Shown here: positions 9,125 through 18,793 of the stretch, piece after piece
How the letters are laid out: the number at the start of each line of letters is the position of its first letter
Position numbering within the stretch: the stretch's first letter is position 1
Assembly: GCA_963578625.1 (NCBI GenBank)
Contig: CAUZEO010000001.1
Coordinates: 14,188 to 78,187 of the forward strand
Length of the DNA stretch: 64,000 nucleotides
Reading direction: 5' to 3'
DNA from: Kiritimatiellia bacterium
GTDB taxonomy: Bacteria > Verrucomicrobiota > Kiritimatiellia > SLOV01
Notes under the pieces: generated by a model
Seen by the model: the letters and a program-made list of their open reading frames with translations, nothing else
The model's database searches: none
What the model was told of the DNA's origin: nothing
Program-made: the position numbers and the translations under genes

Positions 9125-9844
9125 TCATTCGGGATATTCCGGGTCATGGCCTGTGATGACAGGAGCGTTCAGTCGGCGGATGCGTGCCAATCCCTGGAAA
9201 CAGGCCTGCAGGTCGCAGTTGTAACCCGGCGGCACGTCGTCGCGTAGATTCCGCGGGGTAAGCGCCACGTCACTGGTGAGAACCAACGGACCGGCGTCGG
9301 TCTGCACCATGACCGCCTGGGAACCCATGGTGTGACCGCCCAGCAGCAGCACGTTGATGCCGGGCAGGACTTCGGCATCGCCATCGAGGACGACCAGCCG
9401 GTCGGCACACCCTTTCAGGTGGGAATGCACGACGTCCACAAATGCGTGGGCCGCGAACCAGGGGTGGGGCGGATCAACGATCACATCCAACTCCCTGCGT
9501 TGGATGTACAGCCGCGCCTGGTCAAATGCCTTCACCACGGGCGAGCAGTGATCCCAATGCAGATGAGTGAAGATGATGTCGGTCACCTGGGAAGGCTCAA
9601 CCTGGGCTTGTTTGAGAAGGTTCAGCGGGCGGGTGGCTTCGGTCTGCCCCATATCGGGATTGAATGCCGCACCGTCGGCCTGGTCACAGCCGACGTCCAC
9701 CAGCACCGTTCGCTGGTTGTTCCGGATCAGCGTAAAGCGGTATTTCAAAGTGATGCTGCGCATCGGATCACCCAAAAAGTAGACGCGTGCTTCCGGTTCG
9801 ATGCTGCGTCCGAAAACCAGCGACTTGATCCGGTATGTGCTCAC
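9125..9844 (-). CDS. MBL-fold metallo-hydrolase
   Basis: HLHWDHCS metal-binding motif and a metallo-beta-lactamase-fold layout. The ORF runs to 10024, but that would overlap the upstream SDR; GTG at 9844 or a nearby start is more likely. Confidence 0.7.
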   Translation of the reverse strand: MSTYRIKSLVFGRSIEPEARVYFLGDPMRSITLKYRFTLIRNNQRTVLVDVGCDQADGAAFNPDMGQTEATRPLNLLKQAQVEPSQVTDIIFTHLHWDHCSPVVKAFDQARLYIQRRELDVIVDPPHPWFAAHAFVDVVHSHLKGCADRLVVLDGDAEVLPGINVLLLGGHTMGSQAVMVQTDAGPLVLTSDVALTPRNLRDDVPPGYNCDLQACFQGLARIRRLNAPVITGHDPEYPE

Positions 9845-9854
9845 CTCCGCAGCC

Positions 9855-10613
9855 TCACAGCATATACCCGCCATCCACAGGCACCAAAACGCCGGTGGTC
9901 CAGTCCGCGCCGCCGCCCGCCAGGTGAACCACGATGGCTGCAATATCTTCGGGCCGGCCCAATCGCCCCGCGGGCGTAGAGCGGATGATGCCGTCCCGGA
10001 CGCCGGGGCCGGCCAACTGCTCACGGTTGATCTCTGTTTCCACCGTGCCGGGAAGCACGGCGTTGACCTGAATGTTGTACGGCGCCAGGGCCACGGCCAG
10101 GGCCCGGGTCAGCATGTTCGCCGCCGCCTTGGAAGCACAATACACTACCTGTTGCGGGCTGGTCACCCCCTCGCCGGAAATGGACGTGATGTTGATGATC
10201 TTTCCGCTGCCGCGCGGCTTCATGTGCTCGGCCGCTGCCTGGGACAGCAGCAGCAGGGCGCGCGCGTGGAGATCAAAAGCAAGGTTCCATTGCTCCGGGG
10301 TCGATTCGAACACATCGGCAAGGATAGCGACACCCGCGTTGTTGACTAGAATATCCAGCGCCCCCAGCTGATCGATGGTCTGTTGGACGAGCCACGCGGC
10401 ACTCTCGACCCGGGTCAAATCGGCCTCCAGGAAAATGGCTCTGCGGTGCACCGCGCGAATTCGATCGGCGACCTGCTCTCCACGCTCACGGTCCTGGAAA
10501 CCGTGCACCGCGACATCCGAGCCGGCCGCGGCCAGTGCCCCGGCAATGGCCGCCCCGATGCCGCGCGAACTGCCCGTTACCAGGGCAACTTTGCCCTCGA
10601 GTTGCATGCTCAA
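9855..10613 (-). CDS. SDR family oxidoreductase
   Basis: VALVTGSSRGIGAAIA, NNAG, and YCASKAA catalytic Y-x3-K. Confidence 0.85.
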   Translation of the reverse strand: MSMQLEGKVALVTGSSRGIGAAIAGALAAAGSDVAVHGFQDRERGEQVADRIRAVHRRAIFLEADLTRVESAAWLVQQTIDQLGALDILVNNAGVAILADVFESTPEQWNLAFDLHARALLLLSQAAAEHMKPRGSGKIINITSISGEGVTSPQQVVYCASKAAANMLTRALAVALAPYNIQVNAVLPGTVETEINREQLAGPGVRDGIIRSTPAGRLGRPEDIAAIVVHLAGGGADWTTGVLVPVDGGYML

Positions 10614-11089
10614 GACTTTTTGGGTGTGGGATGAAAAACAACCGCATTGGCCTGGGGATCGAACTCACGCAGGAACGTGACCCCGTCGATCTTGCAGATG
10701 ATCGCGTCAGCCGTAGTGGTGACCGTGGCGCTTCCTTTGACCAGGTCCCCGCCATATAACCTTTCCTCGTCGACTACCGATACGTGAAGGTGGATTTCCA
10801 GCTGGCCGTCCTCGCGGGTGCAGACCATGCCCTGCCCGCCGGTGAAGGCAACCGGATGAGGCACTTCGATCTGCTTGGGTCCCACCCCGGACGGACTGCT
10901 TTTGTCCGCGACCGGAACGATCAGTTTCACGGCGTCGGCGCCGCCGATGAGAACCTCGATGGAACCGGCAGTGATTTCCTTTTCCCGGCATACTTCCAGC
11001 AGCCCTTCGGTGACATCTACCCCGGGCCGTAATCGCACCGCGATCAACTCTGATGTCCGTCCTTCTGCTACTAATGCATTCTGGTTCAT
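10610..11089 (-). CDS. PPC (DUF296) domain DNA-binding protein
   Basis: 159 aa with a PPC/DUF296-type beta-sandwich pattern (GVDVTEGLLEVCREKEITAGSIEVLIG...GDLVKGSATV). This is the only DNA-binding-type protein in the window. Confidence 0.6.
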   Translation of the reverse strand: MNQNALVAEGRTSELIAVRLRPGVDVTEGLLEVCREKEITAGSIEVLIGGADAVKLIVPVADKSSPSGVGPKQIEVPHPVAFTGGQGMVCTREDGQLEIHLHVSVVDEERLYGGDLVKGSATVTTTADAIICKIDGVTFLREFDPQANAVVFHPTPKKS

Positions 11090-12183
11090 CCTGTATTCTC
11101 CGTGGGCGGGGGGACGATCACCGCTTTGACACCCGCTTTACGGGCCAGGACATCCTTGATGCCCTGCTCGGCGTAGGCCAACTCATAGCGGTGCGTGACA
11201 AGTTGCTCCAGGGGGTATCGATTGCTTTCAAGCAAACGGATGGCCAGGTCAAAACCGTGCGCCTGACCCCAGCCGCCAATCACCGTTAATTCCTTTGCGG
11301 GAATCTCATCTTTGGTAATGGAGATCTGCGCATGTTCACTGTAACCGGCCAGAACAAATCGCCCGCGCCTTCGCAACATCTTAAGTCCCATCTCCACAGC
11401 GGCCGGCGCCCCCGACACCTCGATGGCAAGATCTACCCCCTCGCCGCCGGTGATCTGGCGAACCTGTTCCAATGGATCGCCATCTGCAGCGTTGATGACA
11501 TGGTCCGCGCCCAGGGTGTGCGCAAGATCCAGGCGTTCGTCATCACCGCCGGCTCCGATCAGGATCACTTCAGCCCCGGCTTCCTTGGCAACGATGGTAC
11601 TGCCGATTCCCTGCACCCCGGGACCGAAAATGGCAACCTTCTCCCCGGGTTGCACGTTCCCGCGTTGCTGCACCCAACGAACCGAGTTTGCCAGCACGGC
11701 GGTCAGGACCGCACGTTCCACCGGCACATCATTGGAAACACGGTGCGTGATCGAATTGGGATGAATGCATAGATACTGGCTGTAGGCGCCCCACAAATGC
11801 GGGGGATCGGCACAGGAAAACGAAACGCCATATTGCTTCTCATTCTCACAAAGGTTGTAGGCTCCACCGTGGCACATACGGCAGTACCCGCAGGGAATCA
11901 GCACCTCGGGCAAAAAACGGTCTCCCACCGACAGGCGGCGCCGGGATTGCGCGCGTTCGCCGATAGCCGCCACTTTCCCCACCATCTCGTGGCCCAGGAT
12001 CAGCGGATAGCGCGCGTGCGGATGCACGCCGCGGTAGGGCCCCCCGTCGCCACCGGCGCAGATGCCGCACATCTCCACTTCCATCAGCACCCAGTCCGGA
12101 TCGACCGAGGGAACTTCGAACTCCTGAACGCTTCCTTGCCCGGGTTGCTCCAATACGAATGCCTTGGAACTTCTAGCCCGCAT
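11086..12183 (-). CDS. MDR-family zinc-dependent alcohol dehydrogenase
   Basis: CGICAGGDG and GHEMVGKV zinc-ligand motifs and Rossmann motif GPGVQGIGS. Confidence 0.85.
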   Translation of the reverse strand: MRARSSKAFVLEQPGQGSVQEFEVPSVDPDWVLMEVEMCGICAGGDGGPYRGVHPHARYPLILGHEMVGKVAAIGERAQSRRRLSVGDRFLPEVLIPCGYCRMCHGGAYNLCENEKQYGVSFSCADPPHLWGAYSQYLCIHPNSITHRVSNDVPVERAVLTAVLANSVRWVQQRGNVQPGEKVAIFGPGVQGIGSTIVAKEAGAEVILIGAGGDDERLDLAHTLGADHVINAADGDPLEQVRQITGGEGVDLAIEVSGAPAAVEMGLKMLRRRGRFVLAGYSEHAQISITKDEIPAKELTVIGGWGQAHGFDLAIRLLESNRYPLEQLVTHRYELAYAEQGIKDVLARKAGVKAVIVPPPTENTG

Positions 12184-12204
12184 CTTTCACACTTTTATTT
12201 CCCA

Positions 12205-12873
12205 TTACTCCATCGCCACCACACGCACCGGAAACGCGTCCAATTTCTCTATCACCACGGGGAGCGCGGAGACAAAGACGCGGGTTTTCGATAACTGATC
12301 CAACCCGGTTAGATTCTCGATCAGCGGCACGCCGGCCCGAAAAATCGTCATGTGAGCTGGTCGTTCCGAATCCTTAGGATTCTCAATGCCCATCGCGTCA
12401 GCTCCCAGCAACTTCATCCCCTCATCCACCAACCATTGCAACGGCTCCGCCGTGAAATAGGGATTGTGCATGTACCGATCGTCGCCATAGTGCCGCGACC
12501 AGCCCAGGTTGGCGAAGACGATATCGCCTTTTCGAATTCCACCGTCCACCGCGGCGGCAGCGTCCTGCACCTGTTGCGCAGAGATCGCACTGCCCGCCGA
12601 CAACCCGCGCAGGTCCAGGATCACCGCTTCACCGACGAACGTATCAGGCGGAATGCTCGATAAGTCCAACCCGTCCTCCATGCAGTGCAAGGGGACTTCC
12701 ACGTGGGTACCGATGTGATTGACCATGTTGATGTAGTGCATGATATACCACTGACCCGGCCGCTGGATCACACCGGCGATCCGGTCAGAGTTAACCATCT
12801 CCACATCCATCCGGCGTTTTTCCTTGCCGGGGCTCAGCGGGTGCGAAAGGTCAATGATCCTTTGATATTGCAT
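12205..12873 (-). CDS. Cyclase-family protein (kynurenine-formamidase-like)
   Basis: HIGTHVEVPLH metal-binding motif typical of the putative cyclase family. Confidence 0.7.
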   Translation of the reverse strand: MQYQRIIDLSHPLSPGKEKRRMDVEMVNSDRIAGVIQRPGQWYIMHYINMVNHIGTHVEVPLHCMEDGLDLSSIPPDTFVGEAVILDLRGLSAGSAISAQQVQDAAAAVDGGIRKGDIVFANLGWSRHYGDDRYMHNPYFTAEPLQWLVDEGMKLLGADAMGIENPKDSERPAHMTIFRAGVPLIENLTGLDQLSKTRVFVSALPVVIEKLDAFPVRVVAME

Positions 12874-13093
12874 GCTACCTTTTAAGGTGTGATGTGAACC
12901 GTCACGGTCGCAGTCATGGGTCGGGCAGCAGTGTCCGTCAATTCAAAAGGATCGTTTACAACCTCAGTTCAAGGTCGACACCCAATAATTATATCGTTGA
13001 GGCTCGCAGAAAGACCACTGCGCAATCCTGAGAGGTAGGAGTTCCATTAGAACCTGTCTGTATTGGCTATTCATACCGGCGGTTGGGGTCCCG

Positions 13094-13623
13094 ATGAGCT
13101 TGGCCGATTCGCCGGTGCCGGAGATCCTGGCCGTGGATTTCGGTTACTGCCATCCGAGCCCGGAAGGCCTGGAGCTGTGGTGGTGTGAAGGCACGTACAA
13201 AGTGGGCCGTGAGAGGCCCCACGCCATTCGCAACCCACCTGGACGACGGCCATGGCCATCTCCCCGAATGCACATGCCTTCGGCAATGGAGACGGACTGC
13301 TGCTCTATCCGCCGTCCCGCGGCGTCCCGGACGATCCGATTATCGCGGGACCCATCAACTCCATTCGATGGGAAAACATCCGGGAAGGCTTGGAGGACAA
13401 GGAGTATTTCTGGCTGTTGGAACGCCAATTGGAACAGGTTCGGACACCGGCCCCTCTTGACGACAACGCCAAGGAGGCAATCCGCGAAGGAGAGGCGGCA
13501 CTGGACTCTGTCAACAGGCTCGTTCGGAGCTTGATCGACTACGAGACCGATCCCGGGAAACTCTACGCAGCACGCTCACTACTGGCGCATGCCATCGAAA
13601 ATCTTTCCTTCATCTCGAATTGA
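13094..13623 (+). pseudogene. Internal-deletion remnant of a DUF4091-like protein (paralog of 56324..58204)
   Basis: 13094..13230 encodes SPVPEILAVDFGY...LELWWCEGTYKVGRER, matching the N-terminus of the 626-aa protein at 56324..58204. 13252..13623 encodes GNGDGLLLYPPSRGVPDDPIIAGPINSIRWENIREGLEDKEYFW..., matching its last ~120 aa. About 450 internal codons are missing and the frame is broken. Confidence 0.6.
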
Positions 13624-13676
13624 TATTACCACTGTCGACGCCGTTAATGGCCTTGAATCCCACAGGAGATTTTACG

Positions 13677-14190
13677 TGAAACGATTTTTGCCCACAGGTC
13701 TGCTTATCGGATTCGCCTCTTCGGTTCTCGCCGCGAACCCGCTCGACGATGACCTGCGGTCGGTCGCCGACTTTGGCGCGGCAGGAGATGGGAAGGCGGA
13801 CGATACGAAAGCGCTCCAGGCGGCCATCGATGCCATTCCGGCCGCCGGCGGCATCGTCTTTCTCCCCGTCGGCATCTACCGAACGACCGCGCCGATCCGG
13901 CTGCGGCCGCAGTTGCGGTTGATGGGGGCCACGCGAAGATCATGGGGTTCCGCACCGGGATCCGGGACCGCGGCGCGGGCATGAATGTGATCCAGGGCAA
14001 CATGATCGACACGCAGGAGAAGGAAGGAATCGGGATCGACATGCATCCGGCGGAAGGGGCCCGTCCCAGCGTGGTCTCCGCCAACGTGATCGTGGCCGTC
14101 CGCGCCGGAATCCTCCGCCGCGAAAACGACCGCAACATTTATACCGGAAACGCCATGACGGACATGGAAGCTGGAAAGGGGCACCAATGA
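13677..14190 (+). pseudogene. Fragmented pectate-lyase-superfamily (right-handed beta-helix) gene
   Basis: GTG-start signal peptide VKRFLPTGLLIGFASSVLAANP, then DFGAAGDGKADDTKALQAAID. After a frameshift near 13940 come NVIQGNMI/SANVIVA beta-helix turns. Only ~170 codons remain of an expected 400+. Confidence 0.45.
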
Positions 14191-14262
14191 AATCCGGGAC
14201 CTCTGGACCGGCAACAGCGTCGCGTTCCTCATCGGCTCCAGCCTCGTGTGTATTCCTTGAAA

Positions 14263-14515
14263 TTAAGCAAACTTCAGAAAAGCTTCCTCGCACGTCAGCT
14301 CGTAAATCCGCACGTCCGTCGCCGGCAGGGCGGCGAGGAGCTTGACTCAATCACGGATCCAATGGTCTCCTGCACCACCTTCAAAAAATTCACAGGCGGA
14401 AACGGCCGGCCCCGGATGAAGTCGTTGCGGTAGCTCATGCCCCAGGGCAAGTCGTCGCGCTTGTGCCAAACATAGTCCGGCCGCTTGTCATTCGCCCAGA
14501 ATACCGGCGTGACGT
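14263..14515 (-). pseudogene. Remnant of a family-A gene
   Basis: 14263..14350 aligns to the 3' end of A1 (…CEDSFLKFA* region). 14351..14515 aligns to A1 7081..7250. About 220 nt between them, and everything upstream of them, is missing. Confidence 0.55.
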
Positions 14516-14523
14516 GGGGTTTA

Positions 14524-14557
14524 CTCCGCGTCTGTGGGCGCGGACTTCAGTCCGCAG
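14524..14557. repeat. 34-bp fragment of the 38941-type element terminus (inverted orientation)
   Basis: ccgcgtctgtgggcgcggacttcagtccgcagtg is the reverse complement of 38941..38974 with 2 mismatches. It abuts the family-A pseudogene breakpoint. Confidence 0.55.
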
Positions 14558-14666
14558 TGAGCAAAAAAAGAGGCGGGTCACAAACCCGTGCAGTAGTCGT
14601 GCCCGCCGACCCCGAAGGGTTGAGGCCCAGGAGCGCGATCATGGGGGAATGTTAACTTGCGAAGGT

Positions 14667-15347
14667 TCAGTATAGAAGCTCGTCCATGTTATCCGCAGTG
14701 TAGACTTGGTAGATGGCGTCGAATTCTTCGTACAGGTTCGCAAATTCTATGTCCGGATCATCAGGCGCATCCTGGCGTGTAAAAATGGCCATCTCTATTA
14801 CGCCTTGGCGCAGCAGCGCCGTAGGTCTGAACATCGGATCAAAGAATCGGGGAATAATAATCGGGGGGACAGACTCCGGTATGGAATTCAGTATCGCGAG
14901 ATCGGCCATGGGCGCACCCACGAGGGAAACGATTGCAGCAACATCCGGATTCGCTTCTCCAATCCTGATGTAATCGTCGACGGTCATTCTGCTCTCAGCC
15001 ACCATAGGCACGCCACGCTCTTGTGTGTCCCCCTGAAGCGTCTCCGACGCCACAATGTGTATGCCGGATTCCTTCAATGCCATTTCGAATACTTTGTCAT
15101 GCTGCACGAACGTATCCTCGACGGTTTTCTTGTCATGTATAAGCAGAACGACGCGCGCGCCTTGACCAAGATATTCGCCCGTCTTTTCTGCAGCGATGCG
15201 CCCGAACTCCACAAACCTGTCGTCGAACACCTTGGCGCTCTGTTGCGACCCCGATTTCAGGATCGAAATCAGACTGATGATGATGATCAGGATTGCGATG
15301 ACGACGACAATCGGGGCCTTCTCTGTACTCATCTTAGACCATGGCAT
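14667..15347 (-). CDS. Hypothetical membrane-anchored protein
   Basis: 226 aa with an N-terminal TM helix (IVVVIAILIIIISLISIL) and a short alpha/beta domain. Lower GC than its neighbours. Confidence 0.45.
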   Translation of the reverse strand: MPWSKMSTEKAPIVVVIAILIIIISLISILKSGSQQSAKVFDDRFVEFGRIAAEKTGEYLGQGARVVLLIHDKKTVEDTFVQHDKVFEMALKESGIHIVASETLQGDTQERGVPMVAESRMTVDDYIRIGEANPDVAAIVSLVGAPMADLAILNSIPESVPPIIIPRFFDPMFRPTALLRQGVIEMAIFTRQDAPDDPDIEFANLYEEFDAIYQVYTADNMDELLY

Positions 15348-15494
15348 TTTGATTCATCTCCATTTTGCTGTGTAGCCGCACCGTCCAAGTAACGCATAGC
15401 AGGGCCTCCAGGCGATAAGCAAGCACGTTCCACGCACCGTCAAGCTCATGGGGGCACGGTCTTTCCCTTTGCTGGTCGACCAGCTTATCCTCGG

Positions 15495-16049
15495 TTGGGT
15501 TATGGGCCGCGGCTTGTGACTGCTTGGACTCTTATGGCAGTGGCGATCGGATGGGCGCCGTTCGCGTACGGCGCAGGGAGCAATACGGTCGGGCGTATCT
15601 GCAGCACGACCAATGTTTCGCCCGGCTATACGCTGTTTTCCACCTTGCGGTACACCAACACCTATCTCGTCGACATGGAGGGAGATATTGTCCACTTGTG
15701 GCGCTCCGGTTTTCCCGCGGGCAACACGCATTACCTCCGCGAGAACGGCAACCTGGTGCGGGCCGCCGATCCGGGAAGCACCCATTTTGTCATCTGCGGC
15801 GATGCCGGCGCGGTGCAGGAGTTCGCCTGGGAGGGGAATTTGCTGTGGGAATTCCACTACAACGACGAGAACGTTCGCGCCCACCATGACATCGCGCTGC
15901 TGCCCAACAGCAACATCCTGATGATTGCCTGGGAACGGAAATCGAACGCAACAAGCCATCGGCACCCTGACTCATTTTACCGACACGGATCCCGTACGTG
16001 CCAACCAGAGCCCACCCTTCTACCAGGTCGTCGCGAGGCCGTGACCTGA
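15495..16049 (+). pseudogene. Truncated arylsulfotransferase (ASST)-like paralog
   Basis: The first ~155 aa (signal peptide, NTVGRICSTTNVSPGYTLF, HHDIALLPNSNIL) align with the intact downstream gene. After ERKSNA the sequence jumps to the 3' terminus of that gene (…THFTDTDP…) in another frame. This is an internal-deletion remnant. Confidence 0.6.
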
Positions 16050-16262
16050 GTATAAGCCTTTGTGGGCCGGGAGGGAGGGGTCTCCAAGAGAGCATCCATT
16101 GTGAAATTTGCAAGAGTCGTGTAGAATAAATGGATGATAGTATCCTGTCTTGGACCTTCCTGCCGGGACGAGGTGCCGCACAAGGTGCCGTGTCCGCTCC
16201 CATCTGGCCGTCGTCTTTCTTGTCACCCTTTCCGGAACAGGTGCCGGCGATTGTTGGCGTGG

Positions 16263-17819
16263 ATGGCTACGGCGACCGCCGCCGCACTCGCGCTGTCGAC
16301 GCCTGCCAACGGTGGCGGTGTCAACACCGTCGGCCTCATATCCAGTACGCCCGACGCCTCGCCCGGGTACACGCTATTCACTTGCCTTGTCTATAACGAT
16401 GCATACCTAGTCAATGTAGAAGGACAAATCGTTCACTCTTGGCGAAGCCCATACGCTTTTTCCTTGGCGCCGTATCTCAAGGAGAACGGCAACATGCTCA
16501 AATATTCCCTCCGGGCGCCCATGCAGGAATTTGACTGGGACGGAAATCTGCTCTGGGAGTATCACTATGAGAGTGCAAGCGTTACCATGCATCACGACAT
16601 CGCGATTCTCCCCAACGGCAACATCCTGGTGATCGCCGACGAGACAAAGTCAAACGCCGAGGCGATCGCGACAGGTCGAAGGCCCATTTTTTCAAGTGCC
16701 GTCGATGCACTGCATGTTGTCGAATTGATGCCGGTCGGTTCGAACAGTGCAACCATCGTCTGGGAATGGCACATCTGGGATCACCTGATTCAGGACTTCG
16801 ATACGAACCAGGCGAACTTCGGCGTGGTGGCGGATCATCCCGAACGGGTCGACATCAACTTCGGTGAGCTCAATTATCAAGATTGGCTCCATGCCAATTC
16901 CATTGATTATAACGAATCATACGATCAAATCATCTTGAGTATTCGTACCTTCAGCGAGTTCTGGGTTATCGATCACAGCACGACCACGGCGGAGGCCGCA
17001 GGACACACCGGAGGCAACAGCGGGAAGGGAGGCGACCTGCTGTACCGGTGGGGAAATCCCCTGGCGTATGACCGCGGGGCACAGGCGGATCAAAAGTTGT
17101 TTAAACAGCATGACGCGCAATGGATCCCGCAGGGGAAGCCCGGCGCCGGAAATATTCTGGTGTTTAATAACGGCGCCGGCCGCCCGGGTGGCCACAGCTC
17201 AGTCGAAGAAATCGCCCCCCCGGTAGACGGGAACGGGTGGTACACCAACCCGCTGCCGGGCGCCGCGTTTGGACCGGCAGCGCCGGTGTGGAGCTACACC
17301 GCCACCCCGCCGGGGAGCCTGTTCAGTTTTACTTTATCAGGAGCCGATCGCCAACCCAACGGGAATACCCTCATCTGCGATGGGGATGCGGGAACCTTTC
17401 TGGAAGTGACCATGAACGGCGAGCTGGTGTGGCATTATGTCAGTCCAGTCAACGGGTCGGGACCGATGCCCCAGGGCTCGCATCTCGTGGAGAGTAGCAC
17501 GTTCAGAGCCGATCGCTATCCGCCGGACTTTCCGGCATTTGCAGGGCGGGATCTTACCCCGAACGGTACCCTGGAATGGGACGCTTCCGACGCATTCCAG
17601 TTTCAACAGGTCGGCCGAACGGCATCCGAAGTGAATTTGTCCTGGGCAAGTCTACCGGAGTCGACGTATCAGGTACAATACGCGCTGTCGCTGGAAACCC
17701 CCGGGTGGACGACCATCTCCACGCAGACCGCCATCGGCACACGGACTCATTTCACGGACACCGATCCCCTTCGCATCAACCAGGCCGTGTCCTGCTATAG
17801 GGTGCTCGAATCACCATGA
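16263..17819 (+). CDS. Arylsulfotransferase (ASST)-like beta-propeller protein with C-terminal Fn3-like domain
   Basis: Signal peptide MATATAAALALSTPANG. HHDIAILPNGNIL and later blocks are typical of the ASST family. The ORF begins at 16134, but the Met at 16263 precedes the signal peptide. Confidence 0.65.
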   Translation: MATATAAALALSTPANGGGVNTVGLISSTPDASPGYTLFTCLVYNDAYLVNVEGQIVHSWRSPYAFSLAPYLKENGNMLKYSLRAPMQEFDWDGNLLWEYHYESASVTMHHDIAILPNGNILVIADETKSNAEAIATGRRPIFSSAVDALHVVELMPVGSNSATIVWEWHIWDHLIQDFDTNQANFGVVADHPERVDINFGELNYQDWLHANSIDYNESYDQIILSIRTFSEFWVIDHSTTTAEAAGHTGGNSGKGGDLLYRWGNPLAYDRGAQADQKLFKQHDAQWIPQGKPGAGNILVFNNGAGRPGGHSSVEEIAPPVDGNGWYTNPLPGAAFGPAAPVWSYTATPPGSLFSFTLSGADRQPNGNTLICDGDAGTFLEVTMNGELVWHYVSPVNGSGPMPQGSHLVESSTFRADRYPPDFPAFAGRDLTPNGTLEWDASDAFQFQQVGRTASEVNLSWASLPESTYQVQYALSLETPGWTTISTQTAIGTRTHFTDTDPLRINQAVSCYRVLESP

Positions 17820-17837
17820 CCCGCCTTGGTTCACGAC

Positions 17838-17872
17838 AAAAAGCGGGGCGGGTCTCTTGGACCCGCCCCGCT
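17838..17872. terminator. Bidirectional GC-rich hairpin terminator between convergent genes
   Basis: gcggggcgggtc-tcttgg-acccgccccgc. On the minus strand it is followed by TTTTTG, 25 nt after the LamG stop. Confidence 0.6.
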
Positions 17873-17899
17873 TGAAGTTCAATTTCTGTGTAAGGTTAC

Positions 17900-18793
17900 T
17901 TACCGTCGGCGACGAATCGCGAGGAGCAATCCGCCAAGGCCTAACAGGGCCAGGGTCCCGGGTTCGGGAATACTCATGTAAGTCTGAACCTCGCTCTGAG
18001 TCAGGAGACCGTCGAAGACCCTCAGTTCATCAATTTTGCCGAGGAATCCGCGGCCGGCGCCGGTGTGGGCATCGTGTCCACCGACTACGAAGTTTCCGCC
18101 CCAGTCTTGATCTATCCCTCCAAATCCCTGGGTGTCCTCCAGTACACCATTCACGTAGAGATGTTTTTCGTCCGAATCACTGTCCCACGTGGCTGCAACG
18201 TGAACCCATTCCTCCACGGCAAGTAGTCCGGATCCGCGGGCGGAGGCGACGTCACCGGCGGCTCTCAATTCAACACGCATGCCCGTATAGTTATGCTGAT
18301 TGTGCACGACGTAATTGAACGGATCGTTCCCCTTGACGACAATCCAGTTGGCATTATCCGGGTTGTTGAGGGCGTTATCGTTACCGTATCCAGTACCGTC
18401 ACCGTCGGTACCCCCGTCTTGCCTCATCCAGAACATGATTGATCCGCGGTTAGCCAACGCAAACGACGCATCATCTCCGAAGTACACGACGTCGCCAGTC
18501 GGACCTATAGGCATCCGGTCTCTCCGGGTCCCATGCACGGGAGGATCGTCGGCGATGCCGTCACCTCGTACGCCGTGGAACTGGAGGCCGCCCCCGCTAT
18601 GTCCTGTGGTCCAGTCCGAGTCGCTCTTCATGAACGAGAACTCCCCATGCTGAGGATTGGTGGCCACCTGGTCGAAGACGTTCGTTCCCGAGCCTTCGTT
18701 GAAGTTGTAATAGTGAGTCATGGTCACGCCACCCGCCTGGGCTATTCCTGCCGCGGCGAGAAACATAACGGTTACCGTTAGCATTTTCTTCAT
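17900..18793 (-). CDS. LamG-like (concanavalin A-like) secreted protein with PEP-CTERM anchor
   Basis: Signal peptide, LamG-like core shared with two upstream paralogs, and C-terminal IPEPGTLALLGLGGLLLAIRRRR (PEP motif, TM helix, Arg cluster). Confidence 0.85.
   Translation of the reverse strand: MKKMLTVTVMFLAAAGIAQAGGVTMTHYYNFNEGSGTNVFDQVATNPQHGEFSFMKSDSDWTTGHSGGGLQFHGVRGDGIADDPPVHGTRRDRMPIGPTGDVVYFGDDASFALANRGSIMFWMRQDGGTDGDGTGYGNDNALNNPDNANWIVVKGNDPFNYVVHNQHNYTGMRVELRAAGDVASARGSGLLAVEEWVHVAATWDSDSDEKHLYVNGVLEDTQGFGGIDQDWGGNFVVGGHDAHTGAGRGFLGKIDELRVFDGLLTQSEVQTYMSIPEPGTLALLGLGGLLLAIRRRR

Noticed and set aside
16134-16262. N-terminal 43 codons of the ASST-like ORF
   Set aside because: The upstream extension is Cys/Arg-rich and precedes the obvious signal peptide. 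The start is more likely ATG at 16263.
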